Made by a program: the position numbers and the translations under genes. Of a stretch of DNA of 64,000 bases, positions 21,278-31,026 are shown piece after piece. Numbering within the stretch: position 1 is the first letter of the stretch; each line of letters opens with the position of its first letter. The notes below the pieces were generated by a model. The model did no database searches, was not told the DNA's origin, and worked only from the letters and a program-made list of their open reading frames with translations. This stretch comes from Prolixibacteraceae bacterium (lineage in GTDB: Bacteria; Bacteroidota; Bacteroidia; Bacteroidales; Prolixibacteraceae). The stretch lies in the NCBI GenBank assembly GCA_025355875.1, contig JANXYV010000212.1, forward strand, positions 5,844 through 69,843. Direction: 5' to 3'.

Positions 21278-22179
21278 GCGTTCTTTTCTGCAATTCGTAG
21301 TTTGCCACTTCGTGCCCGTGGATTCAACTCAATTTCCTCATCGGTCGGAACAATCACCTTGCGGTTGATGGCCACCAGAGGCGACTCCACATTTCCAAAA
21401 AAATCCTTTTCCTGTTTTCCTGAAAAATCGCCTGAACGAATAAAATTCTTGACCATCCGGTCTTCGAGCGAATGATAGGTGATGACCACCAACCTTCCTC
21501 CCGGCTTCAGGATTTCGATGCTTTGTTCCAAAAATTCGTGCAAGACATCCATTTCCTTATTTGTTTCGATGCGCAAAGCCTGAAAAACTTTGGCCAGATA
21601 TTTTGATTCCTGAAGTCGTGGCACGCAAGGTGAAATGGCTTCGCGAAATTGCCCGATCGTTTTGACCGGTTTAATATGCCGCGCTGCAACAAGTTGTTTT
21701 GCCAGTCTTCCGGCATTATCGATCTCTCCAAATTCGCGGAACATGGTACGAAGCTGATCTTCGGAAAAAGTGTTTACCAGATCTGCCGCAGTTTGAGCTG
21801 AGTCGCGGTTCATGCGCATATCCAGATCTCCATCGAACCGGAAAGAAAAGCCGCGTTCTGCCACATCAAAGTCATGCGATGAAACCCCAAGGTCGGCCAG
21901 AATACCATCGACCTGCTCCACTCCATAAAATTTCAGAAAGTTGCGTATGTATTTGAAATTGTGCCGGATAAAAAAAAAGCGATCGTCATGAATGACATTC
22001 GCTGCGGCATCTTCGTCCTGATCGAAGGCAAAGAGGCGACCCGATTTTAAGCAGCTGAAAATTTCGCGTGAATGGCCACCGCCACCAAAAGTAGCGTCAA
22101 CATAATCGCCATTCGCCTTAATTTCCAGTCCGTTGACACTTTCGTTCAATAAAACCGGGATGTGATATTCTCTTTCCAC
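21274..22179 (-). CDS. rsmH: 16S rRNA m4C1402 methyltransferase
   Basis: HIPVLL, DATFGGGGHS, DLGVSS, VITYHSLEDR, NPRARSGKLR. GTG start. Confidence 0.97.
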   Translation of the reverse strand: MEREYHIPVLLNESVNGLEIKANGDYVDATFGGGGHSREIFSCLKSGRLFAFDQDEDAAANVIHDDRFFFIRHNFKYIRNFLKFYGVEQVDGILADLGVSSHDFDVAERGFSFRFDGDLDMRMNRDSAQTAADLVNTFSEDQLRTMFREFGEIDNAGRLAKQLVAARHIKPVKTIGQFREAISPCVPRLQESKYLAKVFQALRIETNKEMDVLHEFLEQSIEILKPGGRLVVITYHSLEDRMVKNFIRSGDFSGKQEKDFFGNVESPLVAINRKVIVPTDEEIELNPRARSGKLRIAEKNA

Positions 22180-22181
22180 TT

Positions 22182-22637
22182 TTAGTTTTCTTCATTACCT
22201 ACAATTCGGGCAAAAGTGCTTTCATAATCTTCACACGACAGGATATACTGGTCGTATCCGGTGGCATCCCAAAGCCTGATCCGGTCGCCCTGTCCGGTAA
22301 ACACGACCTCTTTGGTGATTCCCACCCTTTCCAAAAAATTGTTTGGGATGTTCATCCGGCAACTATCCGGAACCTGAATAATCTTAAAATTCCGGTAGAA
22401 TACATCGAGCACCCTGCTGTGCTGCTTGTTGTCGCGGTTCAGTTTTGATCTGATCTGGCTGATGCGTTCTTCCCACTGAGCCATGGGGTAAATATTCAGA
22501 CACTTCTCATACGGATCTATCTCGACAGCCAATTGGCCACCGGGTATACTGCCGCCCATTTCGTTTTTGTAATCTGCCGGCAGCACAACCCTGCCCTTTT
22601 CATCAAAGGTCGCATCTTTTTGTGCCGAGAAGTTCAT
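22182..22637 (-). CDS. mraZ: Division/cell wall cluster repressor MraZ
   Basis: DEKGRVVLP and D-x-x-x-R-M-x-I-P repeats; first gene of the dcw cluster. Confidence 0.9.
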   Translation of the reverse strand: MNFSAQKDATFDEKGRVVLPADYKNEMGGSIPGGQLAVEIDPYEKCLNIYPMAQWEERISQIRSKLNRDNKQHSRVLDVFYRNFKIIQVPDSCRMNIPNNFLERVGITKEVVFTGQGDRIRLWDATGYDQYILSCEDYESTFARIVGNEEN

Positions 22638-22691
22638 CTTTTCAAAAGTCTAAATTTCAATTCCAAAAATACTAAAAATCAAACAAAGTCA

Positions 22692-22726
22692 GTCACTATA
22701 TTCCACTTTATACCACAATAAGGCAC
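22692..22726 (-). promoter_or_regulatory. Putative MraZ operator (four GTG-core direct repeats, 10-bp period)
   Basis: Minus strand GTGCC-TTATT-GTGGT-ATAAA-GTGGA-ATATA-GTGAC upstream of mraZ. MraZ is known to bind GTGG-type repeats at about 10-bp spacing. Confidence 0.7.
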
Positions 22727-22950
22727 AAAATAAACGATTCATTTGTTAATAAATTGTTCAAAACATGTGAATAAACACAAAATACACAAGACATCTATCT
22801 GAATTTCATTCTATTGAAGATATTCATAAAGCATGAATATTTCGTTGATAAAACCTTTGATCGTCTTTTTTTCAACTCATATTCTTAAGGGATGCACCAA
22901 TGGGTTTGTTGCATTTATTTTATATTTTCGGCATCAATTTAAAGCCATCC

Positions 22951-23808
22951 ATGAGTACCGAAAATCAACAAACTGTTGAACTAATTAACGTCAGGGAAAT
23001 GTTTCGAAAGAAGAATCCGAAGCTTGCCAAAAGGATTCCCGGATTTGTATACCGGTACATCACCCGGATCATGCATATCGACGAAATCAATGAAATCCTG
23101 ATCAATCACGGAAACGAGCGGGGAATTGAATTCGCCCGAAGCATGGTGAAACACTTTAACGTTCATGAAACGATTAACGGGGCCAGAAATATTCCTGCAT
23201 CAGGACGCTTTATTTTTGCCTCCAACCATCCTCTTGGAGGTTTCGATGCTCTTCTGATGCTTTGCAATATCGACCGGATTTTGGGAGAAACTATTACGCT
23301 GGTCAACGACGTGCTGATGAATATTCCACAGCTGGCACCTATTTTCGTGCCACTGAACAAACATGGCGGCCACAGTAAAGAGGTGATCCATCAGATTCAC
23401 GAAGCCTATTCATCCGACAAACAAATACTCATTTTTCCATCCGGTTTCGCATCGCGTATGATTAAAGGAAAAGTTCAGGATTTTGAATGGAAGAAGCATT
23501 TTATCGCCAAATCGATCGAGTACCAGCGTGATGTGATCCCGGTGCATGTCAGCGGACGAAATTCCAACTTTTTTTACCGGCTGGCCAATTTCCGGACTTT
23601 TTTCAGGATTAAATGGAACCTCGAAATGTTTTATCTGGCCGATGAAACCTTCAGTCATAAAAACCAAAAATTTACTATCACGTTTGGCAAGCCTATTCCA
23701 TATTCTGATTTCGATAAAAGCAAAACTTTGGACCAATGGGCCAATGAAGTAAAAGACCTGGTGTACACGTTACCAAATCTCTCAGATGGCCAATATAAAA
23801 CCTTCTGA
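22951..23808 (+). CDS. PlsC-like acyltransferase, GlsA-like (glycine-lipid O-acyltransferase)
   Basis: FASNHPLGGFD (HxxxxD), IFPSG. Adjacent to a GlsB-like gene. Start moved to ATG 22951. Confidence 0.7.
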   Translation: MSTENQQTVELINVREMFRKKNPKLAKRIPGFVYRYITRIMHIDEINEILINHGNERGIEFARSMVKHFNVHETINGARNIPASGRFIFASNHPLGGFDALLMLCNIDRILGETITLVNDVLMNIPQLAPIFVPLNKHGGHSKEVIHQIHEAYSSDKQILIFPSGFASRMIKGKVQDFEWKKHFIAKSIEYQRDVIPVHVSGRNSNFFYRLANFRTFFRIKWNLEMFYLADETFSHKNQKFTITFGKPIPYSDFDKSKTLDQWANEVKDLVYTLPNLSDGQYKTF

Positions 23809-23866
23809 AATCCCAATTCTGATGTATTTTTTTTAGTTTTGTATCCGATTAAATCAGATCAAAAGT

Positions 23867-24826
23867 ATGAAGGACATAATTGCACCTGTGCCAAAAGCGG
23901 CTTTGCTGGCTGAATTGACACCGGAAAAATTATTGAGGAAGACGAATAAAGGGGATAATGAAATCTATGTGATTACTTTTCAGGATTCACCCAATGTAAT
24001 GAGAGAAATCGGGAGAGTACGCGAGATTACCTTCCGCGATGCTGGTGGTGGAATGGGTGATGAAGTCGACATTGATGAATACGATACCTGTGATCAACCT
24101 TATAAACAACTCATTGTCTGGGATCCGCAAGCCCTGGAAATCATCGGAGGTTACCGGTATATTCTGTGCGACAATCTTCCGGTTGATGAAAACGGGATCG
24201 TTCAACTGGCAACGACTCATCTGTTCCGTTTCTCCGAAAAATTCATTAAAGAATATCTGCCTTTTACCCTGGAATTGGGGCGTTCGTTTGTTCAGCCACA
24301 TTACCAATCGAGCAAAGCCGGAGCCAAAGCACTTTTTGCCCTCGACAATTTATGGGATGGTTTGGGCGCACTGATTGTGGATCACCCTGAAATTAAATAT
24401 TTCTTCGGAAAAGTGACCATGTACACCCACTATCAGCTGAAAGCACGTAACCTGATTATGTACTTTTTCATGAAGTACTTTAAAGATAACGAGGACCTGG
24501 TTACCCCGATACACCCTTTGGATTTGGGAATTGACATGAATGAAATGGAAAAAGTTTTTAATGGAGGCTCATACAAAGAAGATTACAAAATCCTGTCGCA
24601 AAAAGTGCGCGAATTTGGTGAAAATATTCCGCCTTTGATTAACTCGTATATGAACCTGAGCCCATCGATGAAAACTTTTGGAACCGTAATCAACGATCAT
24701 TTCGGAAATGTGGAAGAAACCGGAATTATTCTGACCATTTCGGATATCTATGCCGCTAAAACTGACCGGCATATCGAAACTTACGTGCGCACCAAAGAAA
24801 CCAAAGACTGGCCTTTGCCAGAATAA
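23867..24826 (+). CDS. GNAT N-acyltransferase, GlsB/OlsB-like ('hemolysin')
   Basis: MREIGRVREITFR.AGGG, DIDEYD, QLIVWDP, GGYRY, ELGRSFV, LWDGLG, IPPLINSYM. Confidence 0.8.
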   Translation: MKDIIAPVPKAALLAELTPEKLLRKTNKGDNEIYVITFQDSPNVMREIGRVREITFRDAGGGMGDEVDIDEYDTCDQPYKQLIVWDPQALEIIGGYRYILCDNLPVDENGIVQLATTHLFRFSEKFIKEYLPFTLELGRSFVQPHYQSSKAGAKALFALDNLWDGLGALIVDHPEIKYFFGKVTMYTHYQLKARNLIMYFFMKYFKDNEDLVTPIHPLDLGIDMNEMEKVFNGGSYKEDYKILSQKVREFGENIPPLINSYMNLSPSMKTFGTVINDHFGNVEETGIILTISDIYAAKTDRHIETYVRTKETKDWPLPE

Positions 24827-24833
24827 CCCAACG

Positions 24834-25526
24834 ATGACCTATTATCACGAACACGAAAAATTCCACGTTGCTGTCGATTGTATTATTTTTGGATACGACG
24901 AAGAAGGCCGCGAACTAAAAGTGTTGCTTCTGAAACGGAATTTTCAACCTGCAAAAGGGGAGTGGTCGCTGATGGGCGGATTCCTGAAAAATAACGAGGC
25001 CGTTGACGATGCGGCCAAACGTATCCTGAACCAGTTAACAGGCCTTTCGGACGTGTACATGGAACAGCTTTACACGTTTGGCGAAATTGACCGTGACCCG
25101 GGCGCACGCATCATTTCAGTGGCTTATTTCGCACTCATTAAAATCAATGCGTCCGACCTTGAACTGGTAAAAAACCACGGAGCAACCTGGATTCCGATTT
25201 CGGCCATGCCAAAGCTGATTTTCGACCATTCGGCAATGATTGAACGGGCCTTGAAAAAACTGCAAATCAGGGCAAGAACACAACCGATTGGATTCGAATT
25301 GCTACCGGATAAATTTACAATCCCCCAGCTTCAGGGCTTGTACGAAGCCATATACAATAAATTGCTCGACAAGCGCAATTTCCGACGAAAACTACTTTCT
25401 ATGGATTTAATTGAAAAACAGGAAGAGAAAGAAAAAGAGTCCTCGCGCAAAGGTGCCTGGTATTATCGGTTTGATGCGAATAAATACGAGGATTTGCTGA
25501 AAAAGGGATTCAACTTTGAGTTGTAG
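24834..25526 (+). CDS. NrtR-family regulator (NUDIX + wHTH)
   Basis: VAVDCIIFG, WSLMGGF, EQLYTFG..RDP, FTIPQLQGLYE, DKRNFRRK. Start moved to ATG 24834. Confidence 0.88.
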   Translation: MTYYHEHEKFHVAVDCIIFGYDEEGRELKVLLLKRNFQPAKGEWSLMGGFLKNNEAVDDAAKRILNQLTGLSDVYMEQLYTFGEIDRDPGARIISVAYFALIKINASDLELVKNHGATWIPISAMPKLIFDHSAMIERALKKLQIRARTQPIGFELLPDKFTIPQLQGLYEAIYNKLLDKRNFRRKLLSMDLIEKQEEKEKESSRKGAWYYRFDANKYEDLLKKGFNFEL

Positions 25527-25599
25527 AAAGATGCCGGATTATAGATTTTAGACATCCGATTAAACGATTATTCAAGAAGTGCTGCACCCAAGGGAAAAT

Positions 25600-27159
25600 C
25601 TATTTTGTTAAGATTGGTGATTCAGGTTCCCGAATCTTATCAACACTGATTTTTGAGTCGGTATAAAAATCTCGGCAATTGTCCAGCAAAACTTCGCTCA
25701 TTCCCGGATTTGACGGTGACGCAGATGCCTTCACATTGGTCAATCGCAATCCGTTTACGCCTACTGCTTCGAATGCGTGGGTATAGTGCTTTTTATCGAT
25801 GTTTTTATCCCATGAAACAACCACCTGATTGAAGAAAACCTGGTCGGCATTTTCGATGTAAACTGCCGGAATGTTTCGGGCAAAAAGTTCTTTCCCGGGC
25901 ACAATGGTCGGACGAAGATCAAGATTTCCTCCGCAAGATTCCTCCAGTTTGCTTTTCACAAACTCCATCTGCAAATTGGTGAAAAATATGTTTTGAAGCC
26001 GGGTTTCGTCCGAAGCATAAAGATTGATGCAGTTTTCACTGCGACAAGTGATGTTGGTAAAGTTAATGTTTTTGATGATCCCAATATGCGGACTGTTAGG
26101 CACGCCCCGGATAGCCGTGATTTTGATCGGATCGCCCTGACCCCACCAATCTCCGGTGTGCAGGCGGGTTTCGATGCGTATGTTGTTGAAATTCACATTT
26201 TGAACAGAGCCCGAATCGCCAATACTGATATTAATTCCACGATTCGAATCATAAATTACGATGTTGCTGAAGCTATAGTCCGACATGTGGTTCTGGTCCC
26301 AGCCGCCAATACGGATACCGCTTGAACGCGAACGGAGAATACAGTTATTTACATTGATATTTTTCGAAGGTTTCAAAATGTCTTTGAAACCCGGATCACC
26401 AAAATGGTGAGCATATCCGGCTAAAACGATGGCATCGTCTCCGCAGGAAAAGTTACAGTTTGCGATGGTTACATTACTCGTCGAGATCACATCCAGACCA
26501 TCACTGTTTGGGATAAGCAGATTGTTATCAATGCGAAGTCCATCGACCAGAACATCGTCGCAATGTACAATCAGGAAAGTCCAATAGGGTGCATCAATCA
26601 CAGTAAAGTCTTTTAAAGACAGTCTGGTACATTCACTGAAGATGATCATTTGATGATACCGGTCTTTGGGGTAGAGCGGTCCGTCTCCAATTCCGGATTT
26701 CAATTTACGAAAACCGTCCTTTTGTCGGGTAAGCTGTTTATTGCCAATGACTTTTGCGCTGTCGGCATGCATCATTTTCATTCCCTGGCCGAAAATAGTA
26801 CCGAAACCGGTAATCGACAAGTTATGCGCCTTTTCGGTGTAAAATACTCCGGCGGGCTGCTCATTATGTTTCTGGTATTGGGTTAGATCAGTGGTGGCAA
26901 TCAGAGTTGCGCCGGTTTCCATATGGAAATCCACGTTTGATTTCAGGTTGATGGTGCCCACAAGGAACTCTCCTTTTGGAACAACCACCATTCCTCCTCC
27001 GCTGGCAGCACAGGCGTCAATCGCTTTTTGAATGGAAGCAGTAGTCAAAGTTTTGCCATCGGCAGTTGCTCCGAAATCAAGAACGCTAAAGACATCCGAT
27101 TTCGCGTAACAACTAAATAAAGAGAGAATTAACGAGAGAACCAATATACTTTTCTTCAT
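25600..27159 (-). CDS. Glycoside hydrolase family 28 (pectin-lyase beta-helix), secreted
   Basis: Signal peptide, FGATADG...IQKAIDAC, PNSDG, GDDAI. Confidence 0.85.
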   Translation of the reverse strand: MKKSILVLSLILSLFSCYAKSDVFSVLDFGATADGKTLTTASIQKAIDACAASGGGMVVVPKGEFLVGTINLKSNVDFHMETGATLIATTDLTQYQKHNEQPAGVFYTEKAHNLSITGFGTIFGQGMKMMHADSAKVIGNKQLTRQKDGFRKLKSGIGDGPLYPKDRYHQMIIFSECTRLSLKDFTVIDAPYWTFLIVHCDDVLVDGLRIDNNLLIPNSDGLDVISTSNVTIANCNFSCGDDAIVLAGYAHHFGDPGFKDILKPSKNINVNNCILRSRSSGIRIGGWDQNHMSDYSFSNIVIYDSNRGINISIGDSGSVQNVNFNNIRIETRLHTGDWWGQGDPIKITAIRGVPNSPHIGIIKNINFTNITCRSENCINLYASDETRLQNIFFTNLQMEFVKSKLEESCGGNLDLRPTIVPGKELFARNIPAVYIENADQVFFNQVVVSWDKNIDKKHYTHAFEAVGVNGLRLTNVKASASPSNPGMSEVLLDNCRDFYTDSKISVDKIREPESPILTK

Positions 27160-27278
27160 GATATCTGTGGTTTTATTGGTTGAATGTTGCGATCAGAATA
27201 GAAACTAATTAGGCACAAGTTGCATCTCTTCCATCAGAACAAATCTACAAATTTTGCCAAACAGATGATCTGAAAAAG

Positions 27279-27322
27279 AAAGAAGGATTTCATCTTTTTC
27301 ACTAAAGATAAGATCCTTCTTT
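27279..27322 (-). terminator. Hairpin downstream of purF, possible terminator
   Basis: AAAGAAGGAT...ATCCTTCTTT arms with an inner ATCTTT/AAAGAT stem. Confidence 0.5.
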
Positions 27323-27372
27323 ATATTTCTGCCATCTACAAGTTCAGGCAACTGATCTGATCAAGGCCATGA

Positions 27373-27401
27373 TGCCTGAGTAGCGAAGCGTATCGAAGGC
27401 A
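27373..27401. repeat. REP-like element (CCTGAG...CGAAGG type)
   Basis: TGCCTGAGTAGCGAAGCGTATCGAAGGCA with terminal TGCCT/AGGCA arms, just past the purF stop. Confidence 0.6.
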
Positions 27402-27409
27402 ACCCGGAA

Positions 27410-29308
27410 CTAATAAGCCCTTCCGTTTTTCCCTTCCACGTAGTTGATAAATGAAGTATTTACCACTTTGTTTCCGCCAGGAGTTGGGTAATTGCCGGTA
27501 AAATACCAGTCGCCAGTATCATTGGGGCAAGCCTGATGCAGGTTTTCTATGGTTTGGTAGATAATTTCAACTTCAGCATTACAATCCTCGGGTTTCAGTA
27601 ATTCAGCAATTTTTGCCGACACTTCTTCCGCTTTGAATGGTTTGTAAATCTCCTTCACATAATTGACAATCTCTTCCTTCGGAAGGAATTCCTGCTCTTT
27701 GCATTTTGCATAAACCTCATCAATCACATGTTGTTGATTCGTTTCTTTCAATAAGTCAATTGTGGCGGTGAATGCAATGAATTTATCCAGAACGGCCATA
27801 TCAATTCCGTAACAATCCGGATAACGAATCTGAGGCGCCGACGAAACTACAATGATTTTCTTTGGATTCAGCCGGTCCAGTATTTTCAGGATACTTTTTT
27901 TGAGGGTCGTTCCACGAACAATCGAATCGTCTATAATCACCAGAGTATCAATATTGTTGCGGATAATTCCGTAGGTAACGTCGTAAACATGTGCAACCAG
28001 GTCATCACGGCTGGCATCATCAGCAATGAATGTTCGCAGTTTTACATCTTTGATGGCCAGTTTTTCGACCCTCGGTTCAACCGACAAAACGGTTTCCATT
28101 TCTTCGTTGGTAATACTTCCGTTCCGTTCTTTCAACTGCTTAATTTTCCAGTCGACACAATATTGCCGAACCCCCTGAACCAAACCATAAAAGGCGGTTT
28201 CAGCCGTGTTCGGGATAAACGAAAACACGGTATCTTCGATGTTGTAGTCGATGGATTTCAGGATGGCGGGAGAAAGCAGACGACCCAGCTTTTTACGTTC
28301 CTGATAGATATCCTTGTCGCTTCCGCGTGAGAAATAAATCCGCTCGAAGGAGCACGACCGGCGTGAATGTGGCACCCGGATCATTTTATTGGAAACCGAT
28401 CCGTCTTTCTTGACAATCAGCGCCTCGCCGGGTTTTATTTCACTGACTGCATCAGCTTTTACGTTCATGACTGTTTGAATCACCGGACGTTCCGAAGCAA
28501 CTACCACAATTTCGTCGTCGTAATAGTAAAATGCCGGACGAATCCCCCAGGGATCGCGCATCACAAAAGCATCGCCATGCCCGAACATCCCGGCAATGGC
28601 ATACCCTCCATCCCAGTCTTTGCTGGCATTCTCCAACACTTTCTGAACATCCAGGTTTTTTTCGATCAGTGGAGAAATTTCACGGTTCGAAAATCCTTCA
28701 TTTTTATAATTCCTGAAATGCAGCTGATTTTCTTCATCCAGAAAATGTCCCACTTTTTCGAGAACCGTGACTGTATCGGTATAGGCTTTCGGGTGTTGCC
28801 CCAGTGCGATCAGCTTCCGGAAGAGTTCGTCGGTATTGGTCAGGTTGAAATTTCCGGCCAGGACCAATGTGCGCGATTTCCAGTTATTCTGGCGCATCAC
28901 CGGATGCACAAATTCGATGCTGTTCCGCCCGAAAGTTCCGTAACGCAAATGTCCCAGGTAAACTTCGCCCGCGAAAGGTACATTTTGATAGATCCAGCGA
29001 ACATCAGCGCCTTTCGGTTTATTCTTTTCGGCTTTTTTGATGCCTTTTGCAACCTTATCGAAGATGTTTTTGATTGGATTTGGCTCGATCGACCTGTGGC
29101 GGTTTATGTATTCCTGACCAGGATCCAGTTCCATTTTCACATTCACAATCCCGGCGCCATCCTGCCCGCGGTTGTGCTGCTTTTCCATGAGCAGGTAAAG
29201 CTTATTCAGGCCATATTGCCAGGTTCCGTATTTTTCCTTGTAAAATTCAAGCGGCTTGCGCAACCTTATCAATGCTATCCCACACTCGTGTTTAATCAAT
29301 TCGCTCAT
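27410..29308 (-). CDS. purF: Amidophosphoribosyltransferase (Bacteroidota type)
   Basis: KHECG start, HNRGQDGAG, HLRYGT, CSFERIYFSRG, DDSIVRGTT, PDCYGIDM. Confidence 0.92.
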   Translation of the reverse strand: MSELIKHECGIALIRLRKPLEFYKEKYGTWQYGLNKLYLLMEKQHNRGQDGAGIVNVKMELDPGQEYINRHRSIEPNPIKNIFDKVAKGIKKAEKNKPKGADVRWIYQNVPFAGEVYLGHLRYGTFGRNSIEFVHPVMRQNNWKSRTLVLAGNFNLTNTDELFRKLIALGQHPKAYTDTVTVLEKVGHFLDEENQLHFRNYKNEGFSNREISPLIEKNLDVQKVLENASKDWDGGYAIAGMFGHGDAFVMRDPWGIRPAFYYYDDEIVVVASERPVIQTVMNVKADAVSEIKPGEALIVKKDGSVSNKMIRVPHSRRSCSFERIYFSRGSDKDIYQERKKLGRLLSPAILKSIDYNIEDTVFSFIPNTAETAFYGLVQGVRQYCVDWKIKQLKERNGSITNEEMETVLSVEPRVEKLAIKDVKLRTFIADDASRDDLVAHVYDVTYGIIRNNIDTLVIIDDSIVRGTTLKKSILKILDRLNPKKIIVVSSAPQIRYPDCYGIDMAVLDKFIAFTATIDLLKETNQQHVIDEVYAKCKEQEFLPKEEIVNYVKEIYKPFKAEEVSAKIAELLKPEDCNAEVEIIYQTIENLHQACPNDTGDWYFTGNYPTPGGNKVVNTSFINYVEGKNGRAY

Positions 29309-29799
29309 TGTTCTTCGGTTTGTTTAACTCTCTCGGTATATAATTCAGGAAATCGGATTAAATCTTTTACGATGAAGGCATTCGGGTATTTCGAAACGAT
29401 GAATGCCTTTGTTTTCAAGGCTTCACTCTTGTTGCGGAAATCGCCGACACGAACCTTAAAATTGGGGGTCTGAAACAGCAAATAGCTGGGAATATCTGGA
29501 AAAATCAGATTGAATTCATTTTTGACCTTTTCGGCATGTTCGCGCGCTTTACTGTCGGAATTAAAATAGATTTCCAGGCGAAATCCTTCGAAACCCTTCT
29601 TTCTCTGATTGATCTGAGAATGCCGCACCAGTATATCGGTAATCCGAGGGTCTTGCCTGATCTGCAGTTTCCCAAGGAATTCCTCCATTTTTGCCGTTTG
29701 AACCGAAATTCCAGAGTTCAGCCCGAGTGTGTCCGACTGGGCAAACCCCAATGAATTCCAGAGTAAAAAACAGAAGATGAAACTACACAAATACCTCAT
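29305..29799 (-). CDS. SPOR domain protein
   Basis: Signal peptide, GFRLEIY, PNFKVRVGDFR.K.EA, YPNAFIV. Confidence 0.85.
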   Translation of the reverse strand: MRYLCSFIFCFLLWNSLGFAQSDTLGLNSGISVQTAKMEEFLGKLQIRQDPRITDILVRHSQINQRKKGFEGFRLEIYFNSDSKAREHAEKVKNEFNLIFPDIPSYLLFQTPNFKVRVGDFRNKSEALKTKAFIVSKYPNAFIVKDLIRFPELYTERVKQTEEQ

Positions 29800-29819
29800 G
29801 CGATCAGTTTTTGAGTTTG

Positions 29820-29827
29820 CAAATATA
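29820..29827 (-). promoter_or_regulatory. Bacteroidota -7 promoter element
   Basis: TATATTTG matches TAnnTTTG, upstream of the SPOR-purF operon. Confidence 0.55.
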
Positions 29828-30142
29828 GGATTTTAATGGCACATCTTTCAAATTGAAACGGATTCAGTTTTCAGATTCCGATGTGAAAATTACGCTAAAG
29901 AGGTTGATTTGCAACCCATCAGGCTTGATTTTGAAACGGCTTCCAACGATTGGTTGCGGTTCAGAAAAAACATTTCTTTTCTGAATGTTAATTTTTTGCC
30001 TGCTTTTCAGGTTCTCTGCTGATTCATTTTCAGGCACTATGTCAAGGCTCTTGCGTATTCCTGAAAAAAAGTGAAATTTGCATACCCGAAAAACCCATTT
30101 CATTTTGACAACCTGCATTTTAAAACCCAAAACAACAAATTT

Positions 30143-30487
30143 ATGAGCCAGTTAATCGACGATTTCAACAATTACCGGACGAAAATGAACGAAAAAATCA
30201 TGGCGTCCGACAACAAAGTCATGAAACGCATTTACAGTGTCGATACACTGACCTACCAGGATGGAGCACTCAGCACCAAAACCAAGGAAATGCTGGGTCT
30301 GGTATCGTCGATGGTTTTGCGTTGTGACGATTGCGTAAAATACCACCTTGGCAAATGCTATGAATTGGGACTGACCACTGATGAAGTTTTCGAAATATTT
30401 TCGGTAGCGAATCTGGTTGGCGGAACCATCGTGATTCCGCACACCCGAAGGGCTGTCGAATACTGGGAAGAATTGAACAATCAATAA
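30143..30487 (+). CDS. Carboxymuconolactone decarboxylase/AhpD family protein
   Basis: GALSTKTKEMLGL..S.VLRCDDCVKYH. Start moved to ATG 30143. Confidence 0.88.
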   Translation: MSQLIDDFNNYRTKMNEKIMASDNKVMKRIYSVDTLTYQDGALSTKTKEMLGLVSSMVLRCDDCVKYHLGKCYELGLTTDEVFEIFSVANLVGGTIVIPHTRRAVEYWEELNNQ

Positions 30488-30498
30488 CAACCAATCTC

Positions 30499-30948
30499 AT
30501 GATCATCCGACAGGCACAACCTTCCGATTCGGCCAGTATTGTGGAATTTCAACTGGCAATGGCCATGGAAACCGAACAACTGCAACTCGACGAACCAACC
30601 GTAATTAAAGGCGTTTCGGCTATTTTTTCTGACCCTTCCAAAGGCATTTACTATGTGGCTGAAACTAATGGGAAAGTCGTTGGTTCGCTGCTCACCACCT
30701 TCGAATGGAGCGACTGGCGAAATGGAACGGTACTTTGGATTCAGTCGGTTTATGTCCGGCCCGAATTTCGCAAACGAAGTATTTTTAGTCGCTTGTACAA
30801 ACACATTCAGGAGTTGGTTGTTTCTAATCCTGACTTGCGGGGAATTCGACTGTATGCCGACAAAACCAATATTTCGGCGCATGGTGTGTATGAGCATTTG
30901 GGCATGACTGCAGAGCATTATCAAATGTTTGAATGGATGAAGTCGTAA
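30499..30948 (+). CDS. GNAT family N-acetyltransferase
   Basis: WIQSVYVRPEFRKRSIFSRL, IRLYADKTN. Confidence 0.88.
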   Translation: MIIRQAQPSDSASIVEFQLAMAMETEQLQLDEPTVIKGVSAIFSDPSKGIYYVAETNGKVVGSLLTTFEWSDWRNGTVLWIQSVYVRPEFRKRSIFSRLYKHIQELVVSNPDLRGIRLYADKTNISAHGVYEHLGMTAEHYQMFEWMKS

Positions 30949-31026
30949 AAGGCAAAAGTAAAAACCGTTGCTGAACTCACCGAAGGCCAGTCCTTCAGTA
31001 ATTCAGACCTTCAATCTTTTAAAGAC

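Noticed and set aside
28367-29473. 368-aa plus-strand ORF
   Set aside because: Antisense shadow of purF and the SPOR gene; no recognisable motifs.
29864-30130. 88-aa ORF in the SPOR/CMD divergent intergenic region
   Set aside because: Overlaps promoter DNA and the extended CMD frame; no motif support.
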